From an uncultured Chloroflexia bacterium (lineage in GTDB: Bacteria > Chloroflexota > Chloroflexia > Thermomicrobiales > Thermomicrobiaceae), in contig CAWGGU010000008.1 in the NCBI GenBank assembly GCA_963822235.1, positions 411,364 through 475,363 of the forward strand: 64,000 nucleotides of DNA, written 5' to 3'. The notes beneath the pieces are model-generated. The model saw nothing but the letters and a program-made list of their open reading frames with translations, was not told the origin of the DNA and searched no databases. This document shows, one piece after another, positions 19,403-28,586 of this stretch. Every line of letters begins with the position of its first letter. Position 1 is the first letter of the stretch. The position numbers and the translations under genes are program-made.

Positions 19403-19489
19403 GTGGTCTTCCTTTCACCTCTCTCGCTGCGATTTGCCGATGCCGCTTGGCTCGATTCCACTCTGCGCCTGAAGCTTGTTCGACTCCAG

Positions 19490-19537
19490 ACGCAACCTAC
19501 GCAACAGCCCACGCAATCAGGCACGCGATTCACGTCT
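19490..19537. promoter_or_regulatory. phased array of ACGC(A/G)A hexamers in divergent promoter region
   Basis: ACGCAA occurs at 19490, 19499 and 19511, ACGCGA at 19523 and ACGTCT at 19532, with spacings of 9/12/12/9 nt. The array lies between the cupin start (19402) and the STAND regulator start (19595). Confidence 0.35.
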
Positions 19538-19594
19538 CGGCTGCGCTACACTTTCACTGCGGTACGGATTGGGCTGAATCACGAGGCTGTCAGG

Positions 19595-22174
19595 ATGTCG
19601 CGGTCGCATGTGAGCTTTGGGGCGCTGCTGCGGCGATACCGTCTGGCGGCGGGCATGACTCAGGAGGCGCTGGCTGAGCACTCCGGAATGAGCGTGCGCG
19701 GTATCAGCGACCTGGAGCGGGGAGCCCGCTCGCGCCCTCATCGAGAGACGGTCTCGCTCCTGGTTGAGGCACTCGCATTGGCGGATTCGGACCGTGACAC
19801 GCTCATGGCAGCTGCCCGCGAACTGAGGCCAGTCGCCACAGACGGCCAGTCCTCCGCTCAAGCGCGCGGTCTGCCAACTCCACTGACCTCGCTGATCGGT
19901 CGCGCCAACGAAGCTGCCGATCTTCACGACCTGTTATTGCGCGATGGCGTGCGTCTGGTGACGCTAATCGGCCCGGGTGGCGTTGGCAAGACGCGGCTGG
20001 CGGTTGAGGTCGCGCGGAGTGCGCGAGACGCGTTCGCGGACGGCGTCATTTTCGTTTCGTTGGCCCCATTGCGTGATCCGTCGCTGGTGGGGTCGAGCAT
20101 CGCCGATGCGTTGGGGGTTACTGAGACGAGCGGCTCGACCATGCTCGAACGGCTCGCCGACTACCTGCGAGAACGCGAGCTGTTGCTGCTGCTGGACAAT
20201 TTCGAGCATCTGCTCGACGCCGCACCGCTGGTGAATGAGTTGCTGCTCGCCTGCCCGCGGCTGAAAGTCCTGGCGACGAGTCGCACGTTGCTGCGCCTCT
20301 CCGCGGAGGTGGTGGTTCAGGTTCTACCGCTCGCCCTCGTCGGCGATGCCGTGGATCTCAACCTGGAGCAGGTGCTCGGCGTTCCTGCCGCCGCTTTATT
20401 CATTGAACGCCGCTCGGCTGTCGTGCCACATGTGTCACTCGGTGACCTGGAGGCATTGGCCATCGCCGAGATCTGCGATCGGTTGGATGGATTGCCGCTG
20501 GCAATCGAGCTCGCGGCCGTGCGCAGCCGGCACATGAATCTGCGGGAGCTGAATGAGCGTCTCGGGCATCGCTTGCCGCTCCTGACCAGCGGCCCCCGTG
20601 ATCTTCCGGAGCGGCACCAGACGCTGCGAAACACCATCGCCTGGAGCTATGACCTGCTGACGCCGGACCAGCAGCGGCTAATGCGCTGGCTTTCGGTCTT
20701 CGTCGGTGGCTGGACGTTGCGCGCGGCGGAGGAATTGGCCGCAGACCCGCAGCGGAATCCAGCGGACCTGATGGACGATCTCACGGCCTTGATCGACAGC
20801 AGCCTGGTCGAGGTCTTCGAATCGCGTGCCGGCACGACCCGTTATCGCTTCCTGGAGACCATTCGCGAATTCGCTTCGGAACAGCTCAGTGCGAGTGGTG
20901 AACGCGGTGCGGCGGCGCGCCGGATGGCTCTGGTGATGCGCGATTTCACGTCACGCGCAGAGCGCGGTCTGCAGAGCGGCTACCGGACAATGTGGTCGCG
21001 CCTGTCGGTCGATGAGCTCGACAACGTGCGGGCGGCACTGCGCTGGTCGCTGGACGTGGATGAGCCGGAGATCGCACTGGTGATGATCGGGAATCTCGAT
21101 TGGTTCTGGGATGCGGTGGCGCGGGATGTTGAAGGCTGGACCTGGTGCGAGGAAGTGTTGGGCCGCGATGGATTCGACCCGGACGGACTGGCCTACGCCC
21201 GAGCAATCTCGACCGCGGGCGCCATTGCATGGAACGTCGGTGACTTCAATCGTTCGGCTGAGCTCCTCTCCGAGGGGGTCGCTCGGCTGCGGAGCCTGTC
21301 GGACCGTCGTAGCCTGGCTCAGTCCCTGATCAATCTGGCGCTCACGCAGTTGTACGTGGGCGAGGTTGAGCAGGCGCGGGTGGGCCTGACTGAGGCAGTC
21401 GACCTCTACTCCGGCGTGGACGACGTCTGGGGACTCGCACTGGCCCAGTTCGGTCTCGGAGAGGTCCTGGCCCGCTCGGATCCAGGTGCGGCGCAGGCGT
21501 CCTATGCTGACAGCCTCGCGCTCTTCCGGTCCATCGGCGAGCCCTGGGGCATCGCGCACGCTACGTCTGGGCTGGCCGGGATCGCCATGTTGCGGGGCGA
21601 CTACCGCGCGGCGCGGGTGCTTATGGAGGAAGCGCTCGAGCACCGGAGCACAACCGGGAATCAACACGCTATCGCGACGTCGCTGGTGAGTTTGGGAGAG
21701 TTGGCGCGCCGAGAGGGAGATTTTGAACGCGCGGAAACGGACCTTACCGAAGGTCTCGCACGCTTTCGGGACGTCGGTGACGCGGAGCACATGGCCTGGG
21801 CGCTCTACAATCTTGGACTGGTCTCCATCGAACGTGGCGACACCAACCACGCTTCGCGATGCCTGGCTGAGTGCCTTGCCCTGCGTGTTCGTCTGGGCAA
21901 CGTGACTGAGGTGGCCCGCGCGCTGAGCGCCGTCGCGCGCCTAAGTTTGGTGATCGGTCAGGCTCAGGATGCAGCTCGGCTGTGGCGCTCCGGGAGGACG
22001 CTGCGAGGTTCAACGGGCGACGCACGGTCCGCTGATGATGACGACCTCGAACGAGAGCTTGGGAAACGACTTGACGCGGCCGGCGTTGAAACGCCTGCGG
22101 CCGAGCTCTCCTTGGACGAGGCCGTTGAACTCGCGCGAGTCGTTCTTCGGAGTGGCCCAGAAGAAAGTCAATAA
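19595..22174 (+). CDS. STAND-class signal-transduction ATPase: XRE-type HTH + NB-ARC/AAA + TPR repeats
   Basis: The internal ATG gives MSRSHVSFGALLRRYRLAAGMTQEALAEHSGMS (HTH_XRE). Walker A is GPGGVGKTRLA and Walker B is LLLLDNFEH. The C-terminal ~350 aa consist of TPR-like repeats (ALxxLGxxxxxxGD). Confidence 0.8.
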   Translation: MSRSHVSFGALLRRYRLAAGMTQEALAEHSGMSVRGISDLERGARSRPHRETVSLLVEALALADSDRDTLMAAARELRPVATDGQSSAQARGLPTPLTSLIGRANEAADLHDLLLRDGVRLVTLIGPGGVGKTRLAVEVARSARDAFADGVIFVSLAPLRDPSLVGSSIADALGVTETSGSTMLERLADYLRERELLLLLDNFEHLLDAAPLVNELLLACPRLKVLATSRTLLRLSAEVVVQVLPLALVGDAVDLNLEQVLGVPAAALFIERRSAVVPHVSLGDLEALAIAEICDRLDGLPLAIELAAVRSRHMNLRELNERLGHRLPLLTSGPRDLPERHQTLRNTIAWSYDLLTPDQQRLMRWLSVFVGGWTLRAAEELAADPQRNPADLMDDLTALIDSSLVEVFESRAGTTRYRFLETIREFASEQLSASGERGAAARRMALVMRDFTSRAERGLQSGYRTMWSRLSVDELDNVRAALRWSLDVDEPEIALVMIGNLDWFWDAVARDVEGWTWCEEVLGRDGFDPDGLAYARAISTAGAIAWNVGDFNRSAELLSEGVARLRSLSDRRSLAQSLINLALTQLYVGEVEQARVGLTEAVDLYSGVDDVWGLALAQFGLGEVLARSDPGAAQASYADSLALFRSIGEPWGIAHATSGLAGIAMLRGDYRAARVLMEEALEHRSTTGNQHAIATSLVSLGELARREGDFERAETDLTEGLARFRDVGDAEHMAWALYNLGLVSIERGDTNHASRCLAECLALRVRLGNVTEVARALSAVARLSLVIGQAQDAARLWRSGRTLRGSTGDARSADDDDLERELGKRLDAAGVETPAAELSLDEAVELARVVLRSGPEESQ

Positions 22175-22410
22175 ACTAGACAGTCAAACAATTTGACAAA
22201 AGCGATGTTGCCGTGTGATCTCCCGCCATGAGTTACAGAGAGTACGCCCAAGACATCGTCATTCCGGCTCTCGTCCGATCAGCGCGAGCGATGTACGCAC
22301 AGGCTGTGCGGGAAAGCGTCTTGTCGGCGGGGTTGGATCATATGCCCAGAAACGGAGGGATTGCGCAGAGAAGCGTCAAATGGGCGACATTTATGACGCC
22401 CGTCGGACGA

Positions 22411-23385
22411 CTACGCTACTAAATCGGGCCAGATGGTGAGGATCACGCGTTCGGCGTCGTGTCGGATAAAACGTTCGGTCGTCGCGACTGGCCCGGTCAG
22501 CAATCGGGGCACCAACGTTCGCAGCACGTCGATGTCCGGATTGACCGGGAAGGCGTTCTCGTTCGCATAGCGCTCGAGCAGCGCTGGCGGGAAGGTCCCG
22601 GTATTGACGACGACGGTGTCGACCCGGCGACCGAGGTATTTGTGGATCTCACGCACGTAGTCGGAGGCCGTGTAGTCGTCCGTCTCGCCGTGTTTGGTCA
22701 TCACGTTGCAGATGTAGATGATCTCGCCGTCGCAGGAGCGAATCGCCTCGGCGATCCCATCGACGAGCAAGCAGGGGATGATGCTGGTGTAGAGGTCGCC
22801 TGGCCCGATCAGCACCTTGTCGGCACGTTCCAGCGCCTTACGTGCGCGCGGAGTGGCGCAGGCACCCGGCTGCAAGTAGACGTGATCGATGGGCAGAACC
22901 GGCCGCTCGCCGGGGATATCGATCGCGGATTCACCCTCGATGATGGTACCGTCATTCAGCCTGGCGCACAGCATGGCCTCGTCGAGCGTGACGGGGATGA
23001 CGTGACCGGCCGTATTCAGAATCTCTTCAGCATCGTCGAGCGCGCCGATCAGGTCGTCGGCATTCAGGTCGAGCAACGCGTGCAGGATCAGATTCCCGAG
23101 CGAATGACCACCAATGCTGCCGTTGTCTGATTCAGGGAAGCGGTAGCTGAAGATATCGCCCCACAATTTGCGCGATCGCGACAAGGCCACCAGCGCCTGG
23201 CGCAGATCGCCCAGCGGCAGTGGCCGGCCGAATTCGTCGATGAGACGTCGCGATGAGCCTCCTGAATCCATCATCGTTACGATGGCCGAGAGGTTCGAGA
23301 CGACCTTCTTGAGCTCCGAGAGCATGGTGAACGACCCCGTACCGCCGCCGATGCTCGCCACTCGCTCGTAAATCTCTCGTCGCAT
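22411..23385 (-). CDS. YvcK/CofD-family (UPF0052, 2-phospho-L-lactate transferase-like) protein
   Basis: Has IGGGTGSFTMLSELK, VTMMDSGGSS and IGPGDLYTSIIP motifs. GGGGAGAA Shine-Dalgarno before the ATG at 23385. Confidence 0.75.
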   Translation of the reverse strand: MRREIYERVASIGGGTGSFTMLSELKKVVSNLSAIVTMMDSGGSSRRLIDEFGRPLPLGDLRQALVALSRSRKLWGDIFSYRFPESDNGSIGGHSLGNLILHALLDLNADDLIGALDDAEEILNTAGHVIPVTLDEAMLCARLNDGTIIEGESAIDIPGERPVLPIDHVYLQPGACATPRARKALERADKVLIGPGDLYTSIIPCLLVDGIAEAIRSCDGEIIYICNVMTKHGETDDYTASDYVREIHKYLGRRVDTVVVNTGTFPPALLERYANENAFPVNPDIDVLRTLVPRLLTGPVATTERFIRHDAERVILTIWPDLVA

Positions 23386-23471
23386 GTGGTTCTCCCCGTT
23401 ATGGTCTGTCCCTACGCACCACAACCTTGCGATACGGCCCGGGGACCGGCAATAGCGCCGTGGTCATGCTT

Positions 23472-24746
23472 CTATCCGTGTGTCGACGCGAGATCTTGTT
23501 TGAGCTCTCCGCGGCGAGTCGCGATTGCGATAGTCTCCGGCACCTCGACGATCGCCGGAAGCGGGTCGTCAGCCGCCAGTATGGCCCATTCCAACGGCGG
23601 TTTCAGTGAACTGAGGTACGTCAACAACCGGAGTCGCCGAGCGCGAATCTCCTTCGCCACCGTTGGGAAGTCGGTCAACCCGCGTACCCATCGAATCCCG
23701 GGGGTAGCTCGCAACTCCTCTATTTCGAGCCCGAAGCATTGGCGCCAGAGGAGATAGGGAAAGTCGACGCCGGCGCGTTGCCCAATCGAATGCCAGCCCC
23801 AGACTCGCGGATTGATGTCGAGCAGCTTCAACTGTCTGTCGCGAACGTCACGCTTGAACTCGACCTCTACCAGTCCAGTGTAGGACATCGACTCGATGAG
23901 CTTTCGCGCGGCGATCTCGACTTCAACGTCCGTGATCGTTTCGACGAAGGTGCTGGCGCGGCCGAAGTCCATCGGATATTGTCGCGTTCTCTGTGCGGTG
24001 ATCGATGCCCTGACCTTGCCCTCGTCGGCGAGCACCGCGTAGGAAAGTTGGCTGTCTCCGCCGCCAACGACGATCTCCTGAACCATGACCGCTTCCGGTT
24101 CGGCGTGCTCCAGCGCTTCGGCGTAGCGAGCGATCAGTTCGTCGCGCGACTCCACTCGCCAGGCCTTGGTGATGGTGAACGCGTTCAACGTCGTTTTGAA
24201 CGCCGGTTTGAGGATGACCGGGAAGGTGACGTTCAGCGCGGCAAGCTCCTCGGCACTCGTTGGGTGCCAGGTCTTCGGTCGCGCGACGTCGCAGCGGTCG
24301 GCCAGCTCATTCGTGAGCCGCTTGTCGTAGGCCCAGCGGAAAACGTCCCACGGGGGCGTCGTCAGCGTGAAGTATTGCCCGAGCGTCTCGTGATGACGCG
24401 AAACGAAGGCTGACGATTCATCTCCCGTTGGGATCAGCATCCAGCCGTCCAGCTCGTATTTGCGCGCCAGTTCGATGAGAAACGCCGCCTGATCCTCGGC
24501 GTTTCCGGCTGGCCAGGGAAAACTGCGCTGGGAGTAACGCGAGCGGGACGCCAGATGATGTTCGTCGGTCATGACCCACACCGGTATACCGCGTCGACCG
24601 AGGCTGCGCACCACTCCGAGCCCGCGATAATCGCCGCCGATCACGATTGCACCGGTCGACGACGTGAGCGGGAATGCCCGCGCGCGATCTGGAACCGCCT
24701 CAAGAACCACCGTGTCTCTACGACGAGTGGTGGCGGTCGAAGTCAT
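23472..24746 (-). CDS. ATP-grasp domain ligase (COG3919-like, pre-ATP-grasp N-domain)
   Basis: Contains FPVILKP, MVQEIVVGGGDSQLSYAVL and VEVEFKRD...LKLLDINPRVWGW (Mg/ATP-binding E-x-N region). Its start forms an ATGA overlap with the upstream flavoprotein stop. Confidence 0.8.
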   Translation of the reverse strand: MTSTATTRRRDTVVLEAVPDRARAFPLTSSTGAIVIGGDYRGLGVVRSLGRRGIPVWVMTDEHHLASRSRYSQRSFPWPAGNAEDQAAFLIELARKYELDGWMLIPTGDESSAFVSRHHETLGQYFTLTTPPWDVFRWAYDKRLTNELADRCDVARPKTWHPTSAEELAALNVTFPVILKPAFKTTLNAFTITKAWRVESRDELIARYAEALEHAEPEAVMVQEIVVGGGDSQLSYAVLADEGKVRASITAQRTRQYPMDFGRASTFVETITDVEVEIAARKLIESMSYTGLVEVEFKRDVRDRQLKLLDINPRVWGWHSIGQRAGVDFPYLLWRQCFGLEIEELRATPGIRWVRGLTDFPTVAKEIRARRLRLLTYLSSLKPPLEWAILAADDPLPAIVEVPETIAIATRRGELKQDLASTHG

Positions 24747-25933
24747 CGAACGACCTTGATTCGCGATTTCATGAACTTCGCCAGTGCATCGGTGGTGTAC
24801 CAGGTGCCGGAGACGAATCGCATGACGGGACTGAAGCTGATCGCGGATGCCGCGCCGATGAAATGGAGCCCCGGCACCGACGATTCGAACCCGTTGGTCA
24901 GCTTGGGATATCCGTTCTGATGCGCCAGCCGCGACCGAATGTCTCGATCAAGGAACTCGTAGCAGTCGACGTTGATGGCGTAACCCGTGGCGAGTAGAAC
25001 GTGATCGGCGGTGCGCTGACCACCGTCACCCAGCTTGAGCGCCACACGCCCATCTTGCTCGGTCGCATTCACCACGACCTGCCCGGTCGTGAGCGGCACG
25101 TTCTCCAGTCGTGGCACCAACCACCCCGCGCCTGCCGGTCGAATGGATCGATAGGCGATCGGCTCGTGCCAGGGCTTGGGCAAGCGCCGGAAGATCTCCG
25201 GTTTGGCCACGACCCAGCTCAACCCTGGAGGCCCCACGTCGGTCGGCGCATAGAGCGCATGCTGCGCACGCTGTGGCAGCGAATGAAGCTTCGCGCTGCG
25301 AGAGAGCCAGCGAACCTGCGGAGTTCGCATCAGGACCTCGACGTTGGCGCCTGACTCGTGCAGGATCGCGGCCGACTCGAGTGCGCTCTGACCGCCGCCG
25401 ACCACTACGACCGACTTGCCGTCGAAGATGCCGAGATCGTCATGCTCCGACGCGTGGGAGACCAACGTGGGCGACACGTTGGCGAACACCTGCGGCCGTC
25501 GCGCGAAGCGATCGAGCCCGGTTGCCACCATCACGCGGGTCGCCTGTACCATCTCGCCATCTTGAAGCGTGAGGTCGAAACCGTGCGCGTTCGGCGAGAC
25601 CTTCATCACGTGCCGGTTGTCCAGATCCGGGATTGCCGTCTGCTGGAACCACCGGCCGTAGTCGATGAAGTCGGTCAACGGCGTCGGCTTGGTGACCGTG
25701 ATCCCTTTAGCCTTCTCGTAGGCGTCGATCGTGAGCGGCCCGTGGAGCTCACCGATATTTGACGCGTCGCGGGACGATCGCAAGAACATGCCCTTCGGCA
25801 TGTTGCGCTCCCAGAAAATCATGGGATCGCCAAAGACCTTGACGTCGAATCCCTCGCGCCGTAGTCGATTAGCCGCGGCGAGACCATAGGGTCCCGCGCC
25901 GATGACGACCACCTGATGAATCTTATCGGGCAT
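24743..25933 (-). CDS. two-dinucleotide-binding flavoprotein (class B monooxygenase / N-hydroxylase-like FAD/NAD(P) oxidoreductase)
   Basis: Has VVVIGAGPYGLAAA (FAD GxGxxG) and VVVVGGGQSALESA (second Rossmann). Start assigned to the ATG at 25933 (MPDKIHQ). Confidence 0.75.
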   Translation of the reverse strand: MPDKIHQVVVIGAGPYGLAAANRLRREGFDVKVFGDPMIFWERNMPKGMFLRSSRDASNIGELHGPLTIDAYEKAKGITVTKPTPLTDFIDYGRWFQQTAIPDLDNRHVMKVSPNAHGFDLTLQDGEMVQATRVMVATGLDRFARRPQVFANVSPTLVSHASEHDDLGIFDGKSVVVVGGGQSALESAAILHESGANVEVLMRTPQVRWLSRSAKLHSLPQRAQHALYAPTDVGPPGLSWVVAKPEIFRRLPKPWHEPIAYRSIRPAGAGWLVPRLENVPLTTGQVVVNATEQDGRVALKLGDGGQRTADHVLLATGYAINVDCYEFLDRDIRSRLAHQNGYPKLTNGFESSVPGLHFIGAASAISFSPVMRFVSGTWYTTDALAKFMKSRIKVVR

Positions 25934-26338
25934 GTCGCTGAATCCCAATCCTTCTATGGCGCCGGGCGGTTGGCACTCAATCACCAGATGTCTGCCCAAC
26001 CCTAGCGGCCCTCGACTGCTCGCGCGTACGAGCGTCTCTCCCTTTGATCAAACGTACAGCACTTATTGGCTAGGGCACGAGGTACGCTAGTACCGCAGGA
26101 TTTAGACATATGGACTAGTCAGCCCAGCGATGTGGGAGAGTCGGCGTGAACAGAGCGGCCGGAGCGCTTACTTCGACGGATGTAGTCGGTCTTCAGGTGC
26201 GGCTCGGGGAAGCAGTTCACTCATTGTTGTAGGGATGGACGGTGTCTGGTAGGGTGGGCGGTCCGCACGTGGATATGCGATCGCTGGCCCAGTCTTGGCC
26301 AAGCAGTCAGCGTTCAATGGAGTCCGGGGAGGGAGCCG

Positions 26339-26950
26339 ATGGTCCTCAACAGTGACGACTTCCATGCGCCGATGGAGTTACGGACGGATGAGTTTCTGCT
26401 CCGTCCGATATTGGCATCCGATGCCGAGCTCGACTACGAGGCGGTGATGGCGAGCAAGGAGTACCTCCGTCCCTGGGAGCAGACCGGCTGGCCAGCGGAC
26501 GACTTCACGTTGGACGCCAACCGCGCAGATGTAGTCAAGCTCGAACGCTGGCATGCCGCCGGAGAGCGCTTCACCTACACGGTGCTGAACCCGACCGGGA
26601 CACAATGCCTCGGCTGCGTCTATGTCGTTCCCACCGGCGCACCCCTATTCGCCAGGAAACAGATCGCACCGATCGATGGTGCGCGCTGGTCGGAGTACGA
26701 GGTGGCGGTCAACTTCTGGGTCCGGACGTGTCGGCTGGCAGACGGGCTGGACCGCAAACTGCTCGACGCGCTTGGTCCTTGGCTCGCGAATGATTGGCAC
26801 ATCGCGCGCCACCTGATCGTCACAAGCGCGCAGGTTGTGCAGCAAGTGTCACTGATCGAAAGCACGAATCGGCGTCTCAGATTCCGACTGACGGACCCCA
26901 AGCAGTTGGACGAGTCTCTTGCGTTCGCCGAGGACGTAACCTTAACGTAA
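26339..26950 (+). CDS. GNAT-family N-acetyltransferase (RimJ/RimL-like)
   Basis: 203-aa ORF with a GGAGGGAG Shine-Dalgarno. The overall pattern is Acetyltransf_3-like (LRPILASDAELDYEAV...). Moderate certainty. Confidence 0.55.
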   Translation: MVLNSDDFHAPMELRTDEFLLRPILASDAELDYEAVMASKEYLRPWEQTGWPADDFTLDANRADVVKLERWHAAGERFTYTVLNPTGTQCLGCVYVVPTGAPLFARKQIAPIDGARWSEYEVAVNFWVRTCRLADGLDRKLLDALGPWLANDWHIARHLIVTSAQVVQQVSLIESTNRRLRFRLTDPKQLDESLAFAEDVTLT

Positions 26951-27110
26951 CCTGCGCTCGCGTCAGCAAGTGCACGATGCGTCGGGACTGGTCGGGGAGG
27001 GCTGACGGGAGCGGACTCGCGGATCGCGACCTGGAGTTGTGCGGTGCGTGAAGGTGCAGCGTCGGCGATCGGCAAGAGCAGCACGCGCGCGGTTCAGAGC
27101 GGTGGTCCCC

Positions 27111-27144
27111 ACGCGAGGGCGAGCCCACAAGCTCGCCCTCGCGT
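27111..27144. terminator. perfect 14-bp GC-rich hairpin between convergent genes
   Basis: ACGCGAGGGCGAGC-CCACAA-GCTCGCCCTCGCGT. There is no U-tract, so factor-independent termination is not assured. Confidence 0.4.
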
Positions 27145-27193
27145 CGAGACGGACGCAAATGCCTACCTCCGGACGGCCATGCTGCCAGCCGCT

Positions 27194-28471
27194 CTACACG
27201 AGGGCGAGCGCTTGATCTAGATCGGCGATCAGATCCTCTGGATGCTCGATGCCGATCGACATACGAATCAGCGCTTCGCTGATGCCGAAGTTGTTCTTGT
27301 CTTCGGTGCTGACGTCGCAGTGAGTCATCGAGAAGGGGTGCTCGGCCAGCGACTCAGTCCCGCCGAGGCTTACCGCCAGCTTGACGATTTTAAGTGCATC
27401 CAGGAAGCGGAACGCTTCGGCTTCGCCCCCTTTTATATCGAAGGAGATCATCGATCCAGGGCCAAGACACTGCTTGCGATAGATCTCGTTACCCTGTTCT
27501 CCATCGTTCAAGAACCCCAGGTAATAGACGCGTGCCACTTTGGGATGCTCGACCAGGAATTTGGCGACCTGGGCCGCCACCACCGCTTGCCCCTCCATGC
27601 GGATCTTGAGCGTCTCCAGACTGCGCAAGATCAGCCAGCCGGTCCAGGCGTCGGCCATGGTTCCCAGGAACGTGCGCATGGCACGCACTTTGGCCAGAAG
27701 TGCGTCGGAGCCCAGACAAGCGCCGGCCAGCAGGTCGCTGTGGCCCCCGATGTATTTGGTGGCTGAGTAGAGGACGAGGTCGGCGCCGTGCTGCAGCGGA
27801 TGCTGATACAGCGGCCCGAGGAACGTGTTGTCGACGGCGAGGACGACTTCACGTTCGGGCGTCGAGTATTCGTCGGCAAGTTCCGAGCACATGCCAATGT
27901 CGATGAGCGCGTTGGTGGGATTACCGGGCGTTTCGATGTAGATCATGGCCAGCCGGCCTTGCGCTCCCGCGGCGGTCAATCGGTCTTCGATGGTCTGGCG
28001 GCTGTCGCTGGCGCCGAACTCCACCTGCGTGATTCCGAAATCGTTCAAGACGTGGCGGATGAAGTGATCGGTGCCACCGTAGAGCGGATTGCTGTGGAGG
28101 AGAACGTCGCCTGGTCGAAGGAACGTCAGGAGCGTCGTGGTGATGGCCGCCATGCCGCTGGCGAAGACGGTGCACGCTTCCGCCTCGTCCCAGATGGTCA
28201 GACGGTCTTCGAGGATCTCGAGGTTGGGATTGTTGATGCGCCCATAGATCAGACCAACCTCTTCGTTTGGCCCTCGCTCGCGCAGTCCGTAGGCGGCAGA
28301 GAAGAAGGCCTTGCCGTCGGCGGCTTTGTCGAAAACAAAAGTTGATGTCTGGAAGATCGGCGGTTTGAGCGCCCCTTCCGACCATTCGGGATGATATCCA
28401 TAGCCCATCATCAGGGTTTCTGGATGGAGTGTCTTGTCCCCAAGGTACCCCTCGGGCTTGCGCCTCTTCAT
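27194..28471 (-). CDS. Cys/Met-metabolism PLP enzyme (methionine gamma-lyase / cystathionine gamma-synthase family)
   Basis: Has the YSATKYIGGHSD PLP-lysine motif. GGAGAG Shine-Dalgarno before the ATG at 28471. Confidence 0.85.
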   Translation of the reverse strand: MKRRKPEGYLGDKTLHPETLMMGYGYHPEWSEGALKPPIFQTSTFVFDKAADGKAFFSAAYGLRERGPNEEVGLIYGRINNPNLEILEDRLTIWDEAEACTVFASGMAAITTTLLTFLRPGDVLLHSNPLYGGTDHFIRHVLNDFGITQVEFGASDSRQTIEDRLTAAGAQGRLAMIYIETPGNPTNALIDIGMCSELADEYSTPEREVVLAVDNTFLGPLYQHPLQHGADLVLYSATKYIGGHSDLLAGACLGSDALLAKVRAMRTFLGTMADAWTGWLILRSLETLKIRMEGQAVVAAQVAKFLVEHPKVARVYYLGFLNDGEQGNEIYRKQCLGPGSMISFDIKGGEAEAFRFLDALKIVKLAVSLGGTESLAEHPFSMTHCDVSTEDKNNFGISEALIRMSIGIEHPEDLIADLDQALALV

Positions 28472-28586
28472 AGAACTCTCCGTATCCTTGTGGCCGGCCA
28501 CGCTCCCCAGCATGTGTCGCTTTGAGTATTCCGGTTCTGTTGACACCGTGCAAATCTTGAACCGAACAAAGCGGACCGAACCAGCA

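Noticed and set aside
20951-21850. 299-aa minus-strand ORF inside the STAND regulator
   Set aside because: It is antisense to TPR repeats, has no start context and has an Arg/Pro-rich composition.
22228-22422. 64-aa ORF in the STAND / YvcK-like intergenic region, plus the GTCAAACAATTTGAC palindrome at 22183-22197
   Set aside because: The ORF has no Shine-Dalgarno and overlaps the 3' end of the convergent gene. The palindrome is short and AT-rich, and could be a weak terminator or operator. There is not enough evidence for either call.
27921-28553. 210-aa and other Arg-rich alternative-frame ORFs over the PLP-enzyme gene (similar case at 55453-56307 over the amidase)
   Set aside because: They are frame-shifted shadows of well-supported genes, with very high Arg/Gly/Pro content.
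28472-28586. Possible SAM/Met riboswitch in the 115-nt leader of the methionine-gamma-lyase-like gene
   Set aside because: I could not find the conserved SAM-I core elements or a convincing multi-stem junction. There is only a weak imperfect hairpin and a promoter-like TTGCAC-N17-AATACT.
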